NCBI GenBank assembly: GCA_034530615.2
Contig: JAVRCV020000033.1
Location: forward strand, 1-64,000
DNA: 64,000 bases
Source of the DNA: Aulosira sp. ZfuVER01
GTDB lineage: Bacteria; Cyanobacteriota; Cyanobacteriia; Cyanobacteriales; Nostocaceae
Direction: 5' to 3'
The translations under genes and the position numbers were made by a program. Below the pieces are notes generated by a model. It was not told where the DNA came from. It saw only the letters and a program-made list of their open reading frames with translations, and did not search any database. Every line of letters starts with the position of its first letter. The first letter of the stretch is position 1. Positions 29,285-38,775 of this stretch are shown here, piece after piece.

Positions 29285-29458
29285 AAAACTTGGCAGCCGT
29301 CTAACCAAAATCACCCACAGCGTATGAAGTGGCGGGGATTACTCAACTTGTTCGCCGTTAGGCGTCCTCTTGCTCTACAAGAGAACCACAAGGTTAGAGT
29401 AGTCGCCAAAATAACAGTGTAAGTCTCACGCGCTCGTGTTATACCGCTCAGAACTGGA
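29285..29458 (-). ncRNA. ssaA: 6S RNA (cyanobacterial SsaA); ends approximate
   Basis: Minus strand folds as one long rod: GCGGTATAAC/GTTAGACGGC, ACTTACA/TGTGGGT, central bubble TGTTATTT opposite CTTCATACGC, TGGCG/CGCCA, TACTC/GAGTA, apical GTTCTCTTG/CAAGAGGAC; about 175-180 nt. Confidence 0.85.
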
Positions 29459-29519
29459 ATTATTGGCTATTAGCCTGGAAATGCGATTTTGAGGTTCTTT
29501 AGCAACAAAAGTCATTTTA

Positions 29520-30122
29520 TTATTTATTGCTTCTATTTTCCTGAATTATATGAATAATCGATGGAATTAAAGAAACAACTATGATTAATCCAATAATCGG
29601 TAATAAATATTTATCAACTTGTTCAGGAGGCAAAGATTTTCCTAAGAAAAATCCTAGAAAGGTAATACCAAATGTCCACAGGAAACCACCGATTAAGTTA
29701 TAAGACATAAATGTCCGATAATGCATAGCACCAATCCCGGCAACAATTGGAGCAAAAGTCCGAACAATTGGTACAAAACGCGCTAGAACTATAGTTTTCT
29801 TACCGTGTTTTTGATAAAAATTCTGGGTTTTATAAATATGTTTTTTATGAAATAACCACGAATCTTCTTTGCTAAATAATTTTCTGCCAAATCTATATCC
29901 AGTAGTGTAGCCGACATTATCGCCCAAAACGGCACAAATAAAAGCACCAATAATTAAAATCCAAATGTTCAATAATTGCTGAGAGGCTACAAACCCAGCA
30001 GTGAATAACAAACTATCTCCAGGCAGAAAAAAACCAATTAGTAACCCAGACTCAGCAAATATAATTCCCCATACACCAAAATAGCCGAGTGATTTAATTA
30101 GTGCTGGTAAATCGAAATGCAT
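29520..30122 (-). CDS. dedA: DedA family membrane protein
   Basis: FAESGLLIGFFLPGDSLLF, ARFVPIVRTFAP. Confidence 0.94.
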   Translation of the reverse strand: MHFDLPALIKSLGYFGVWGIIFAESGLLIGFFLPGDSLLFTAGFVASQQLLNIWILIIGAFICAVLGDNVGYTTGYRFGRKLFSKEDSWLFHKKHIYKTQNFYQKHGKKTIVLARFVPIVRTFAPIVAGIGAMHYRTFMSYNLIGGFLWTFGITFLGFFLGKSLPPEQVDKYLLPIIGLIIVVSLIPSIIHIIQENRSNK

Positions 30123-30271
30123 ATAATATCTTACCTTTTAAGCATAAACATACAACATCTTAACGTTTGGCAATTTTTTGGGACGCAAATTAATATTAAG
30201 ATTACGTAAATATATTGTTTCTTCTAGAAAATACTAATGGCAAACGGTAGGTTTTGGGTTAAGGGTGCAAG

Positions 30272-31054
30272 ATGCAGAGATATTTGAAAGTCTTAAGGCT
30301 ATTTTGGAGTACTGCGATCGCATCTGAGATGGAGTATCGTGTTAACTTTATCGTTGCTACCATCACTAGCTTGGGTAATCTGGCGGGTAGCCTGTTTGGT
30401 CTATTCTTGTTTTACCGTACTGGCTACACTTTTGCTGGCTGGTCATGGGACGCCGCTTTAGTTGTGCTGGGCATTTTTACATTCTTACAAGGTTTTTCTT
30501 CTACCTTTCTCGCTCCGAACCTGAATAGCATTGTCCGCCATGTGCAGGAAGGTACTTTAGACTTTGTGCTACTCAAACCTATCCGCAGTCAGTTTTGGCT
30601 TTCTACTCATACCCTTTCCCCTTGGGGTTTGCCAGATTTAGTTTTTGGGAGTGCGATTATTGGCTATGCAGGTTTGCGTCTTGGCTTAAGTCTCAACAAC
30701 TATCTAGTCAGTACAGTACCCTTATTTTTGGGTTTGGTGATTCTTTATAGCCTGTGGTTTATGCTGGGAGCCACTAGCATCTGGTTTGTGAAAATATACA
30801 ATGTTACCGAAGTGCTACGGGGTTTATTAGAAGCTGGAAGATACCCAATTGCAGCTTACCCCGCTGCTTACCGCTTTTTCTTTACTTTCGTAGTACCTGT
30901 AGCTTTTTTGACTACAGTCCCAGCAGAAGCAATGCTAGGTCGGGGACAAATTACCTGGGTCATAGGTGCAGTAGTACTGGCATTAGGGCTATTTTGTGTC
31001 TCTACTTGGTTTTGGCGGTTTGCGTTGCGTTTTTACACTAGTGCTTCGAGTTAG
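30272..31054 (+). CDS. ABC-2 type permease (DUF990-like)
   Basis: MEYRVNF, GTLDFVLLKP, GRYP, six TM helices, FYTSASS C-terminus. Confidence 0.9.
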   Translation: MQRYLKVLRLFWSTAIASEMEYRVNFIVATITSLGNLAGSLFGLFLFYRTGYTFAGWSWDAALVVLGIFTFLQGFSSTFLAPNLNSIVRHVQEGTLDFVLLKPIRSQFWLSTHTLSPWGLPDLVFGSAIIGYAGLRLGLSLNNYLVSTVPLFLGLVILYSLWFMLGATSIWFVKIYNVTEVLRGLLEAGRYPIAAYPAAYRFFFTFVVPVAFLTTVPAEAMLGRGQITWVIGAVVLALGLFCVSTWFWRFALRFYTSASS

Positions 31055-31214
31055 AGTGAAAAGTGGATACTGGTAAGCTTTTTATTACCTTCATTGCCTT
31101 CTGGCTTTATCAACTTACCGCTGCTGGCTATGATTTCATTTTGAATGCCCTATCAGTCGTAAACTTTTTTTGAATTGGTATCATTTCAAAAATCAAATAA
31201 GAGTCCTCTATCTA

Positions 31215-31538
31215 TCATTTTGAATTATCTTCAAAGTCTGTTAACGCGCAAGCAAATTCCCTAAAGGATGTTTTAATTAAGACCTCTTTCATTCCTCTGT
31301 CTAAAGCAGAATCACGTATGAGGTCTGATAATTCTATAAATAATAGAGAAATCATAAACCGATCTTGGCGATCGATCTGTTTTAAGCAAGATTGGATAAA
31401 CTCATAAAGCTCTGTTTTTCGAGTTTTGGTTTGTTCTTCCCATAGTTGAAATGCTAACCGGAAGGTTTTCAACCGTATCTCATTAGTGTTGTAGGTCGTA
31501 TCTTTGTAGCGAATTGATACGCGCTGGGGCATTTCCAT
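31215..31538 (-). CDS. Hypothetical helical protein (107 aa)
   Basis: ATG-initiated ORF filling the intergenic gap; no recognised motif. Confidence 0.6.
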   Translation of the reverse strand: MEMPQRVSIRYKDTTYNTNEIRLKTFRLAFQLWEEQTKTRKTELYEFIQSCLKQIDRQDRFMISLLFIELSDLIRDSALDRGMKEVLIKTSFREFACALTDFEDNSK

Positions 31539-31658
31539 AAGTTTTAACAGAGAGACTTACATAAAGGCTTATTCTGTTTTATCTTGGCTTATCCGGAGAA
31601 ATAATTTTGTTAGAACGATGTCATATTATTTAACTTTAGTAATCATACCAATAGTGGC

Positions 31659-31686
31659 TAAGGGTTTAGCATTGCTAAACCCCTAC
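31659..31686. repeat. REP-like palindrome GGGTTTAGCA-TGCTAAACCC
   Basis: Same core at 38660-38689; half copy at 10275-10292. Confidence 0.75.
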
Positions 31687-31702
31687 GAAAGTCCCATTTA
31701 TC

Positions 31703-32662
31703 TTATACACCGCTCTTTGTTAACTCTAATTCCCGCCGCCTCGGTACGTCATAAACCATGAAATCATGAGCCATATCAGTCTTCGGGAAAATTGCTCTAG
31801 CTTCCTGAAGTAAATCTCTCAACTCTAAAGTGTTTCCCGGAGCATAGCGGGGGCTGAAATGAGTCATGATTAAGCGATGTGCTTTAGCAACTAAAGCTGT
31901 TTGCGCTGCCATTGTGCTGGTGGAATGTAGGCGTTGAAACGCCATATCTGCATCTTGATGAGCAAAAGTTGCCTCGTGAATTAATACATCTACATCCTGT
32001 GCTAATTCAACTGCGCCTTCACAATAAACTGTGTCTGTACAATAGGCAATTTTGCGTCCAATCTCTGTAGGGCCGCACAATTCTTTGCCATTAATGACTC
32101 GCCCATCATTAAGAGTCACGGTTTCACCACGCTTGAGTTGACCGTAAACGCGGCCTGGGGGAATTTGCAACTCCTTAGCTTTTTCTACATCAAAGCGTCC
32201 TGTTCGGTCTTTTTCAGCAATGCGATAACCGAAGGCTGTAATCCGGTGATGCAAAGGCCCACAGCTGACAGTGAATTCATCATCTTCATAAATTACCCCC
32301 GGACGGATGGCATGAATTTTGACAGGATAGGAAAAGTGGGTATGGGAGTAACGTAAGGCAGCTTGGATATATTCATTTAATCCGGGTGGACCGTAGATAT
32401 CAACTCGTTGCACATTACCCGCCAAGCCACAACTTGCAAGCAGTCCCATCAAACCAAAGATGTGATCGCCGTGCATGTGGGTAATAAAAATTCGGGATAG
32501 TTGGCTGATTTTCAGGTCACTCCGCAAAAGTTGGTGCTGAGTACCTTCACCACAATCGAATAACCACAGCTCTGCCCTTTGGGGTAATCTCAGGGCAACG
32601 CTAGAAACATTGCGTGCTCTTGTGGGTACACCGGAACTTGTCCCTAAGAATGTTATCTGCAC
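31703..32662 (-). CDS. rnz: Ribonuclease Z
   Basis: FLGTSSGVPT, FDCGEGTQ, THMHGDH, HEATF, THFSPRY. Confidence 0.97.
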   Translation of the reverse strand: MQITFLGTSSGVPTRARNVSSVALRLPQRAELWLFDCGEGTQHQLLRSDLKISQLSRIFITHMHGDHIFGLMGLLASCGLAGNVQRVDIYGPPGLNEYIQAALRYSHTHFSYPVKIHAIRPGVIYEDDEFTVSCGPLHHRITAFGYRIAEKDRTGRFDVEKAKELQIPPGRVYGQLKRGETVTLNDGRVINGKELCGPTEIGRKIAYCTDTVYCEGAVELAQDVDVLIHEATFAHQDADMAFQRLHSTSTMAAQTALVAKAHRLIMTHFSPRYAPGNTLELRDLLQEARAIFPKTDMAHDFMVYDVPRRRELELTKSGV

Positions 32663-32898
32663 AGCGTGATTTAGCCTTCCTCTTGCTTAATTTGACGCTC
32701 TTTCTCTATAGTGGCATGGTTGTTGAGCTTTCATACTTTTGGGATTTAGAAAGTCATAGCCAGAGGTGGAAAAGCTGCGTAGAAGCTCTGCTTCTTGTCG
32801 CCAGACATCGCTCTTTTAGTATACAAGAAACCAGACCCCTCTGAAATCCTTATAGGTAAAGGATTTCAGCATAAATAGCATCTAGGAGATATTCTTAA

Positions 32899-34482
32899 TT
32901 ACGATGCTAAAACTTTCACTTCTGGCTGTACTTTGGCTTCCGCCTCTAGAAACTCAGCTACTTGCGCCTCAATTTCATCCCGAACAATTTGGCGATATTC
33001 CAAGAAATGCTCGATTTGGGCACAAACCGATAAATAGCTACTGACTCCACCTGGATTATGTTGATACATATTCCATAGGTTGCGCCAGAATTGCCAGCGT
33101 GTCTGACGCAGCACACCTTGTCGCCAGCAGATTGTCAGCAACGCCCGGATTACCTTCCAGTTCAATGGTTTTTTGGCACCTTTGCCTTTTTTAGGGTAGG
33201 TGGCTTCGCCCAAAATCCGGTAGTGACGGTATGCACGATCCAAAAACCGCGATGGCTCATACAGTTCCCAAAACGCCTCGACATATTCGCGGGCGATATC
33301 TGCTAATGGCCGAGTTGGCACAAAGTTCATCAATGTGGTTTGGTTGATGTTGGCAGATTTGCTGCGGAGTCGTCCTTCTTTTTCTAATCGATGCCAAAGG
33401 GCTGTATCGGGAAGCGCTTGCAGCATACTAAATAAGGCAGTAGGAATAGCAGTTTGCTCTACAAACTTGACGATTCTTGCGCCGGCTCCTGGTTTCTCGC
33501 CATCAAAGCCAATAATAAAGCCTGCCATAACACGCAGTCCTGAGCGCGTAATTGTATGCACCGCTTCACTAAGGGAGTCTCGCGTGTTCTGGAATTTCTG
33601 AGTAAAGGTGAGACTTTCCTCGTCGGGAGTTTCAATTCCGAGAAACACAGCGCCAAAATTACACGCTACCATCAAGTCCATCAGTTCTTGATCTTGAGCT
33701 AAATCAACTGAAGCTTCTGTGGCAAAGGAGAAGGGATAGTTATGTGCCACCATCCAAGGCTGGAGTTCCTTCAAAAATAATTTGACGTTGCGTTTATTAC
33801 CGATGAAGTTGTCATCCACCATAAAAATGCTCCGCCGCCAACCGAGTTCGTAGAGGTAATCAAGTTCTGCTAGTAGTTGGGCGGGGTTTTTGGTGCGGGG
33901 TTTGCGACCATAGAGAACAATAATGTCGCAGAACTCGCACTGGAAGGGACAGCCTCGGGAAAATTGCACCGACATCTCCGCATAGGCATCAAACTCTAGT
34001 AAGTCAAAGCGCGGAATCGGGGTGTTGGTGACATCTGGCTTTTCACCGCCAGAACGAAATACACCTGTACGATCGCCTCGTGCGATCGCCTCTACAAATA
34101 ATGGTAAAGTGATTTCTCCTTCATCTAATATCAAGTAGTCTGTGCCAGGGGCTGTTACTTCATGGGGTAGGGCTGTAGCATAAGGGCCACCCACCGCCAC
34201 ACGCTTACCCCGAAGTTTCGCCTCCCGAATCTGCTCTAGCAAATCATCTTTTTGCACAATCATCGCCGACAGAATCACCAAATCTGCCCAAGCCCATTCT
34301 GCGTCTGTGATTTGACGCACATTCCGATCTACTAGCTTGAATTCCCATTCTTGAGGCAAAATCGCGGCTACCGTCACTAAGCCGAGAGGGGGTAACATTG
34401 CCTTACGATCTAATAAAGCCAGTGTTTTTTCAAAAGACCAAAAACTTTTGGGAAAGCGAGGATATACAAGTAAAACATTCAT
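32899..34482 (-). CDS. B12-binding radical SAM protein (DUF4070 clade)
   Basis: PPLGL, VAVGGP, RGCPFQCEFC (CxxxCxxC), VDDNF, GFIIGFD. Confidence 0.92.
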   Translation of the reverse strand: MNVLLVYPRFPKSFWSFEKTLALLDRKAMLPPLGLVTVAAILPQEWEFKLVDRNVRQITDAEWAWADLVILSAMIVQKDDLLEQIREAKLRGKRVAVGGPYATALPHEVTAPGTDYLILDEGEITLPLFVEAIARGDRTGVFRSGGEKPDVTNTPIPRFDLLEFDAYAEMSVQFSRGCPFQCEFCDIIVLYGRKPRTKNPAQLLAELDYLYELGWRRSIFMVDDNFIGNKRNVKLFLKELQPWMVAHNYPFSFATEASVDLAQDQELMDLMVACNFGAVFLGIETPDEESLTFTQKFQNTRDSLSEAVHTITRSGLRVMAGFIIGFDGEKPGAGARIVKFVEQTAIPTALFSMLQALPDTALWHRLEKEGRLRSKSANINQTTLMNFVPTRPLADIAREYVEAFWELYEPSRFLDRAYRHYRILGEATYPKKGKGAKKPLNWKVIRALLTICWRQGVLRQTRWQFWRNLWNMYQHNPGGVSSYLSVCAQIEHFLEYRQIVRDEIEAQVAEFLEAEAKVQPEVKVLAS

Positions 34483-34775
34483 TAAAGTAATTGTCTAAAT
34501 TTTTGTTGCTGATTTAGTTAATACAAAGGCTGAAACGGTGCTAATTTATTTGCACTTATACTTAATGTAGCAAAAGCTATAACTTTGTTCCCAAAGCTAT
34601 ATCGTAATTCTCTCACCAATCCCATGACTCAGTAAGCATTAAGCAATTGAAATATTTAAGGTTATTTTAAATAAAAAGTATATTAATTAACATCTTAAAA
34701 CTATAAATACATAATTTATCTAGTGGCATTATTGAGGTAATGGGTAATATATATAACTAATTACCCATTGCCTAT

Positions 34776-35621
34776 TTAAGTGTGGAAGATCACAGTGACT
34801 AAGGGCAGAAAAGCTAATAGAAAGCTATGCCAGAAATGCAATTGAGTCGCAGGGGTTTGCTCTTGCGGTGCTAATAGAGCTGCGATTCTCTGCTCTAAGC
34901 GATCGCTTTCTCTTGCCGAACCTAAAGCAGCACAACAAATTTCTGATACTACTGGGGTGCTACTGACTACCAACAGCAGCGATTCTGCTAGCAGTAAGGG
35001 GTCGACCTGGGATGCTGCATAACCATCTGCCCGTAGTTCGCGCAAAACTAACAGTTCTTCCCACAAAGAATCTGTGTTAGGCAACCACGCGGTACAAGAA
35101 CGCACCCAACCCAGCCAGAAAAACCAAAATGTGTCTCGGTAATGGTAATGGCCTTGTTCGTGTGCCAAGACACTTTCTAAATGTTCGTTGGAGAGAGTTT
35201 GGAGTAATCCCTGGCTAACTACTAGTTCGGGGTGCCAAAAACCGATTTGACCAGCGAAGAGTGCGCCTGTGTTGAGTAGCCGGATTTGTCTGTTGCCAAA
35301 ATTAACTAGGGGACAGTTACGGGCAGATTCTACAGACTGCCAGCCGAGGATGGCGTGTTTAATGCATAAAATACTAAACAATCCTAGATATATCAGCGCT
35401 AGGAGATAGCTACCCCAGCCTGTATACATTCCCCCCATTTTTCCTTGGGGACCCATACACAGTACAGCGATCGCAGTCATAAATAGCAGCAAGGGGGGAA
35501 AGAGGAATAAAAATAGCGATCGCCGCCATCTGAGACTCCAATTCCCTTCAGGGCCGATCCAAGTGGATCTTAACCAGCAAGCAACTGCCAAAGTAGCCAA
35601 AATCATCATTAAATGCATCAT
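34776..35621 (-). CDS. M56 (BlaR1-like) membrane zinc peptidase
   Basis: TM helices, LAHEQGH (HExxH), RELRAD. Confidence 0.9.
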   Translation of the reverse strand: MMHLMMILATLAVACWLRSTWIGPEGNWSLRWRRSLFLFLFPPLLLFMTAIAVLCMGPQGKMGGMYTGWGSYLLALIYLGLFSILCIKHAILGWQSVESARNCPLVNFGNRQIRLLNTGALFAGQIGFWHPELVVSQGLLQTLSNEHLESVLAHEQGHYHYRDTFWFFWLGWVRSCTAWLPNTDSLWEELLVLRELRADGYAASQVDPLLLAESLLLVVSSTPVVSEICCAALGSARESDRLEQRIAALLAPQEQTPATQLHFWHSFLLAFLPLVTVIFHT

Positions 35622-36037
35622 TCCCCCTCCCTAGCTTGACGTGCGGCTTGAATGCGTTTGGCGATCGCTGCGATTTGTTTGCTAGCTGTTTCATCCAGAC
35701 TATCAGCGAAGGCAGCAACAACATCCGGATTACCTACCGCCAAAAATCGCTGCAATTGTTCGTGAGCTTTAATTACATCTGCTTGCTGCTTTGTCAGCAA
35801 TGGTCGCCAATAAAATGCTTTGCCTTTTTTATCACAGACTAGCCAACCTTTATCAGTCAGGCGGCGCAAAACAGTTGTTACAGAAGTATAAGCTAACTCC
35901 CGGTTTGGGTCAGACAGAATGCGATCGTGTACATCCTTCACTGTAGCTGAACCCAGTTCCCAGATGATCTGCAAAATTTCTGCTTCTAGGGGACCTACGG
36001 ACAGTTGTTTGGGGCGGTAGTCGGGTAAAGGAGCCAT
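35618..36037 (-). CDS. BlaI/MecI/CopY family repressor (probable start 36037)
   Basis: GPLEAEILQIIW…ATVKDV…LAYTSVTTVLRRLTDKG; 4-bp overlap with the M56 gene. Confidence 0.92.
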   Translation of the reverse strand: MAPLPDYRPKQLSVGPLEAEILQIIWELGSATVKDVHDRILSDPNRELAYTSVTTVLRRLTDKGWLVCDKKGKAFYWRPLLTKQQADVIKAHEQLQRFLAVGNPDVVAAFADSLDETASKQIAAIAKRIQAARQAREGE

Positions 36038-36332
36038 ATCGATTTTGGATTTGAGATTGTGGATGAGTGGATTGAACGTGAAAATTCTCCTCTCAATTTG
36101 CAAGGCTTCGCCTGAGTGCGCGTAGTCGTAAACGCAAAAGAACTATTCTTTTTTCAGATTACCGTTGATTGAAACTGCTAATTGGCCGCCGAGACTGATT
36201 TTGGCAACATTTTCTCAGGCTCACGGCGAAAAGGGGAGTGTGGGGAGTGTGGCAAGAAGTAGGACAAGGAAGAAATAACTAGTTGACTTTTGTCTCATGC
36301 CCATTAACAAACTATCTGCAATAATTTTTAAC

Positions 36333-36349
36333 TATTGAGAATAATTATT
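36333..36349. promoter_or_regulatory. Putative Fur box (copy 1)
   Basis: TATTGAGAATAATTATT; the 13-mer ATTGAGAATAATT recurs at 36761. Confidence 0.5.
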
Positions 36350-36760
36350 ATTTGAATAGAAAATAGCAATATCTATCCTAGGCAGCATTATCAACCGTTA
36401 GTTAGTTGTTAACCTTTATTTAACGAGTGTTCATCAAGATAAATTTTTTAGTAAAATTTATAAAGATTATCAATTACTTGCATTTCTTATTGACTTCAGT
36501 TAGAGTCAAGGCAGGTATCCAAAAAAAGCCTGATGTCAATTTCAGGAGAAAAAATCAATAAAAGAGTAGATACCAGAACTATAAACTGAGTATGGTCTAG
36601 GAAAATTGTCGTATTTTCTGAAAAATACTTTCCTGCAACTCAAATTTAAATAGTTATTGACTATCCTTTACTAGTTATTTTTATCACCTTACTTTAATCA
36701 GTAAAGGAGATAGAATAGATTATCTGGATTTTGACTAAAATTTTATTTTTTTCCAAACCA

Positions 36761-36780
36761 ATTGAGAATAATTTGCAATA
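36761..36780. promoter_or_regulatory. Putative Fur box (copy 2)
   Basis: ATTGAGAATAATTTGCAATA, imperfect inverted repeat upstream of the sucrase/ferredoxin-like gene. Confidence 0.55.
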
Positions 36781-37430
36781 TGTTTTTAAAAAACACAGCT
36801 AGTGACGAAAAATACCTAAAATTTAATAGCCTAATTAAAGCAGTCTCGACATTTATTGCAGGGCAACATCAAGCAATAAAAGTAAATTGGCAAAAGGGGA
36901 TAAATTTTCTTAAGTGCTTGGTTAAGCAGCCAAATCCCTCTGCAAAATGGCATAAGAGTAAAATTCTGCCCACAGATGTAGAGACAGAGGCTGTAAATGG
37001 CTATATAGATTATTTAATTAAAAATTTAAATAAGTGCGGTAATTTTAGCCAAATTTTTAAGTGTGATTTCCGTTACTTCAATGACTTAAGTAAGTTGAAG
37101 TTACTATACTTTGACTGTGGCTCTCTAATCAAGAGTACACAACACTATCTTTAGCGATTGACAGTTAATAAACTGTTGCACTATAAGAGATACAAAATTC
37201 ACTTTGGTGTACGGAAGAAGTTTTATAACTCTTTCCTACCGACATTGTGGAGATTTTATTAACCGGAAATAGGTTTAATAAAAATGAATGTTATAAAGTG
37301 GCTACCTAGTTGGTGACAACAAATGCTGATTGTTTCTTGTTGTCACATTTATTAGAGGCTATTGTAGCCACGATCGCAATTTTACTTTGTCATAAACTTG
37401 TCCATAAAATTTACGAATGAGAACAGCTAA

Positions 37431-38408
37431 ATGAATACCTTTTTTTGCTCAGATTACTCAAGACAAACAGGAGAAGATGTTATTGGTAGTGGCACCAATT
37501 ACGAAACTTATATTTTAGTTGAGTGTCCGCCTCCTTGGACAACAGAAGCTTTTAATTCTAAATGGGTACCAAATAATCTGAAGATTTTAGTTGAGGAGGT
37601 AAAACGCGCTAAATTACCAATAACATTTTTGTTAATTGCTAACGATAGAACTCACAAAGTAGAACAAACAACTCTTTTGATTTACCAAAAACAAAAGGGA
37701 TTAACTCAGGGATACCGCAAGCACGAATTTAAGCTAGCAAATATTGAAAATGTAGCTGCGGTTGTCAAACAATTCTTACGGGGTAGTATTTCTGAGTATG
37801 AAAAACAAACAAGTATTACTAGAGATATTTTAGTATGTACCCACGGCAGTCATGATAAATGCTGTGCTAGATATGGTAATCCCTTTTATTTTCATGCTCA
37901 AGATACAATTTCTCACTTAGGTTTAGAAAATGTGCAGATTTGGAAATCAAGCCATTTTGGTGGACATCGATTTGCACCAACAATGATAGACTTACCAGAA
38001 GGGCGATATTACGGCCTTGTCGATCAAAATGCATTCAAATCGATTTTGACTCGGACTGGAAATATTCAGTGCTTAAATAAAGTCTATCGAGGCTGGGGTA
38101 TTTTGCCAGTTCCACTTCAGATTTTAGAAAGGGAATTAATTTTCCATTACGGATGGGATTGGTTTAACTACAAAGTAGCAAGTAAAATCCTAGAACAAAG
38201 CTTAGATAATAATACAGTACTAGCTGAACTTACTTTTGAAAAAAGTACAGGTGCGCTGTATACTTGCCAAGCAAAATTAGTCAAAGATGAAACTAAAACC
38301 CTAGAAATTAAGACTGCTTGTAATGCAAAGCAAGCTTCAGCAGTTGTTAAATATACTGTAGCTAGTCTTTGGCTGGAATCTAAGAAAGTTGCATCTTTGA
38401 GTGCTTAA
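37431..38408 (+). CDS. Sucrase/ferredoxin-like (thioredoxin-fold 2Fe-2S) protein
   Basis: LVCTHGSHDKCCA and SSHFGGHRFAPT motifs. Confidence 0.9.
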   Translation: MNTFFCSDYSRQTGEDVIGSGTNYETYILVECPPPWTTEAFNSKWVPNNLKILVEEVKRAKLPITFLLIANDRTHKVEQTTLLIYQKQKGLTQGYRKHEFKLANIENVAAVVKQFLRGSISEYEKQTSITRDILVCTHGSHDKCCARYGNPFYFHAQDTISHLGLENVQIWKSSHFGGHRFAPTMIDLPEGRYYGLVDQNAFKSILTRTGNIQCLNKVYRGWGILPVPLQILERELIFHYGWDWFNYKVASKILEQSLDNNTVLAELTFEKSTGALYTCQAKLVKDETKTLEIKTACNAKQASAVVKYTVASLWLESKKVASLSA

Positions 38409-38623
38409 CTAATACTATGTCTGCTTGACTACTTATTAATAAGAATAAGACAATCCACTACAGAAATATGATGGTGCGTTATTTATATATAGCGCACCAT
38501 ATACAATTTAAGATTGATATTCTCTCTGTTACCCCTTCAGTTAAACATCTGGATTTATCGGCGTACATCTGCGTGTATCGGCGGTTAATTATGCTTCTCT
38601 GAACTGTATTGATCTATTAGTAA

Positions 38624-38728
38624 TACCATTTTATTTTAATCATGATACATATACGTGGGTAAGGGTTTAGCATTGCTAAACCCTTACTACGAAAAATATA
38701 TATGTAGCAGGATTTTCGTGAATTGATA
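38624..38728. mobile_element. Degenerate MITE carrying a REP palindrome
   Basis: ATACCATTTTATTTTAATCATGATACATAT … ATATGTAGCAGGATTTTCGTGAATTGATA imperfect inverted ends around gtaagggtttagcattgctaaacccttac. Confidence 0.55.
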
Positions 38729-38775
38729 AACGTCGTTGTATTAAATTGTCATCCCAAATTTGAATTGAGAAGTGT

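Noticed and set aside
23702..31181. Composite transposon bounded by ATACCAATT…/…AATTGGTAT ends
   Set aside because: These ends belong to a common MITE family, no TSD is evident, and the enclosed region includes core genes (6S RNA, dedA)
32899..34482. Assignment as hopanoid 2-methylase hpnP
   Set aside because: N-terminus (FPKSFWSF) fits the widespread sister clade; phylogeny would be needed
36762..37154. 130-aa ORF in the long intergenic region
   Set aside because: TTG start lies inside the Fur-like box, AT-rich, no motif; cannot be supported
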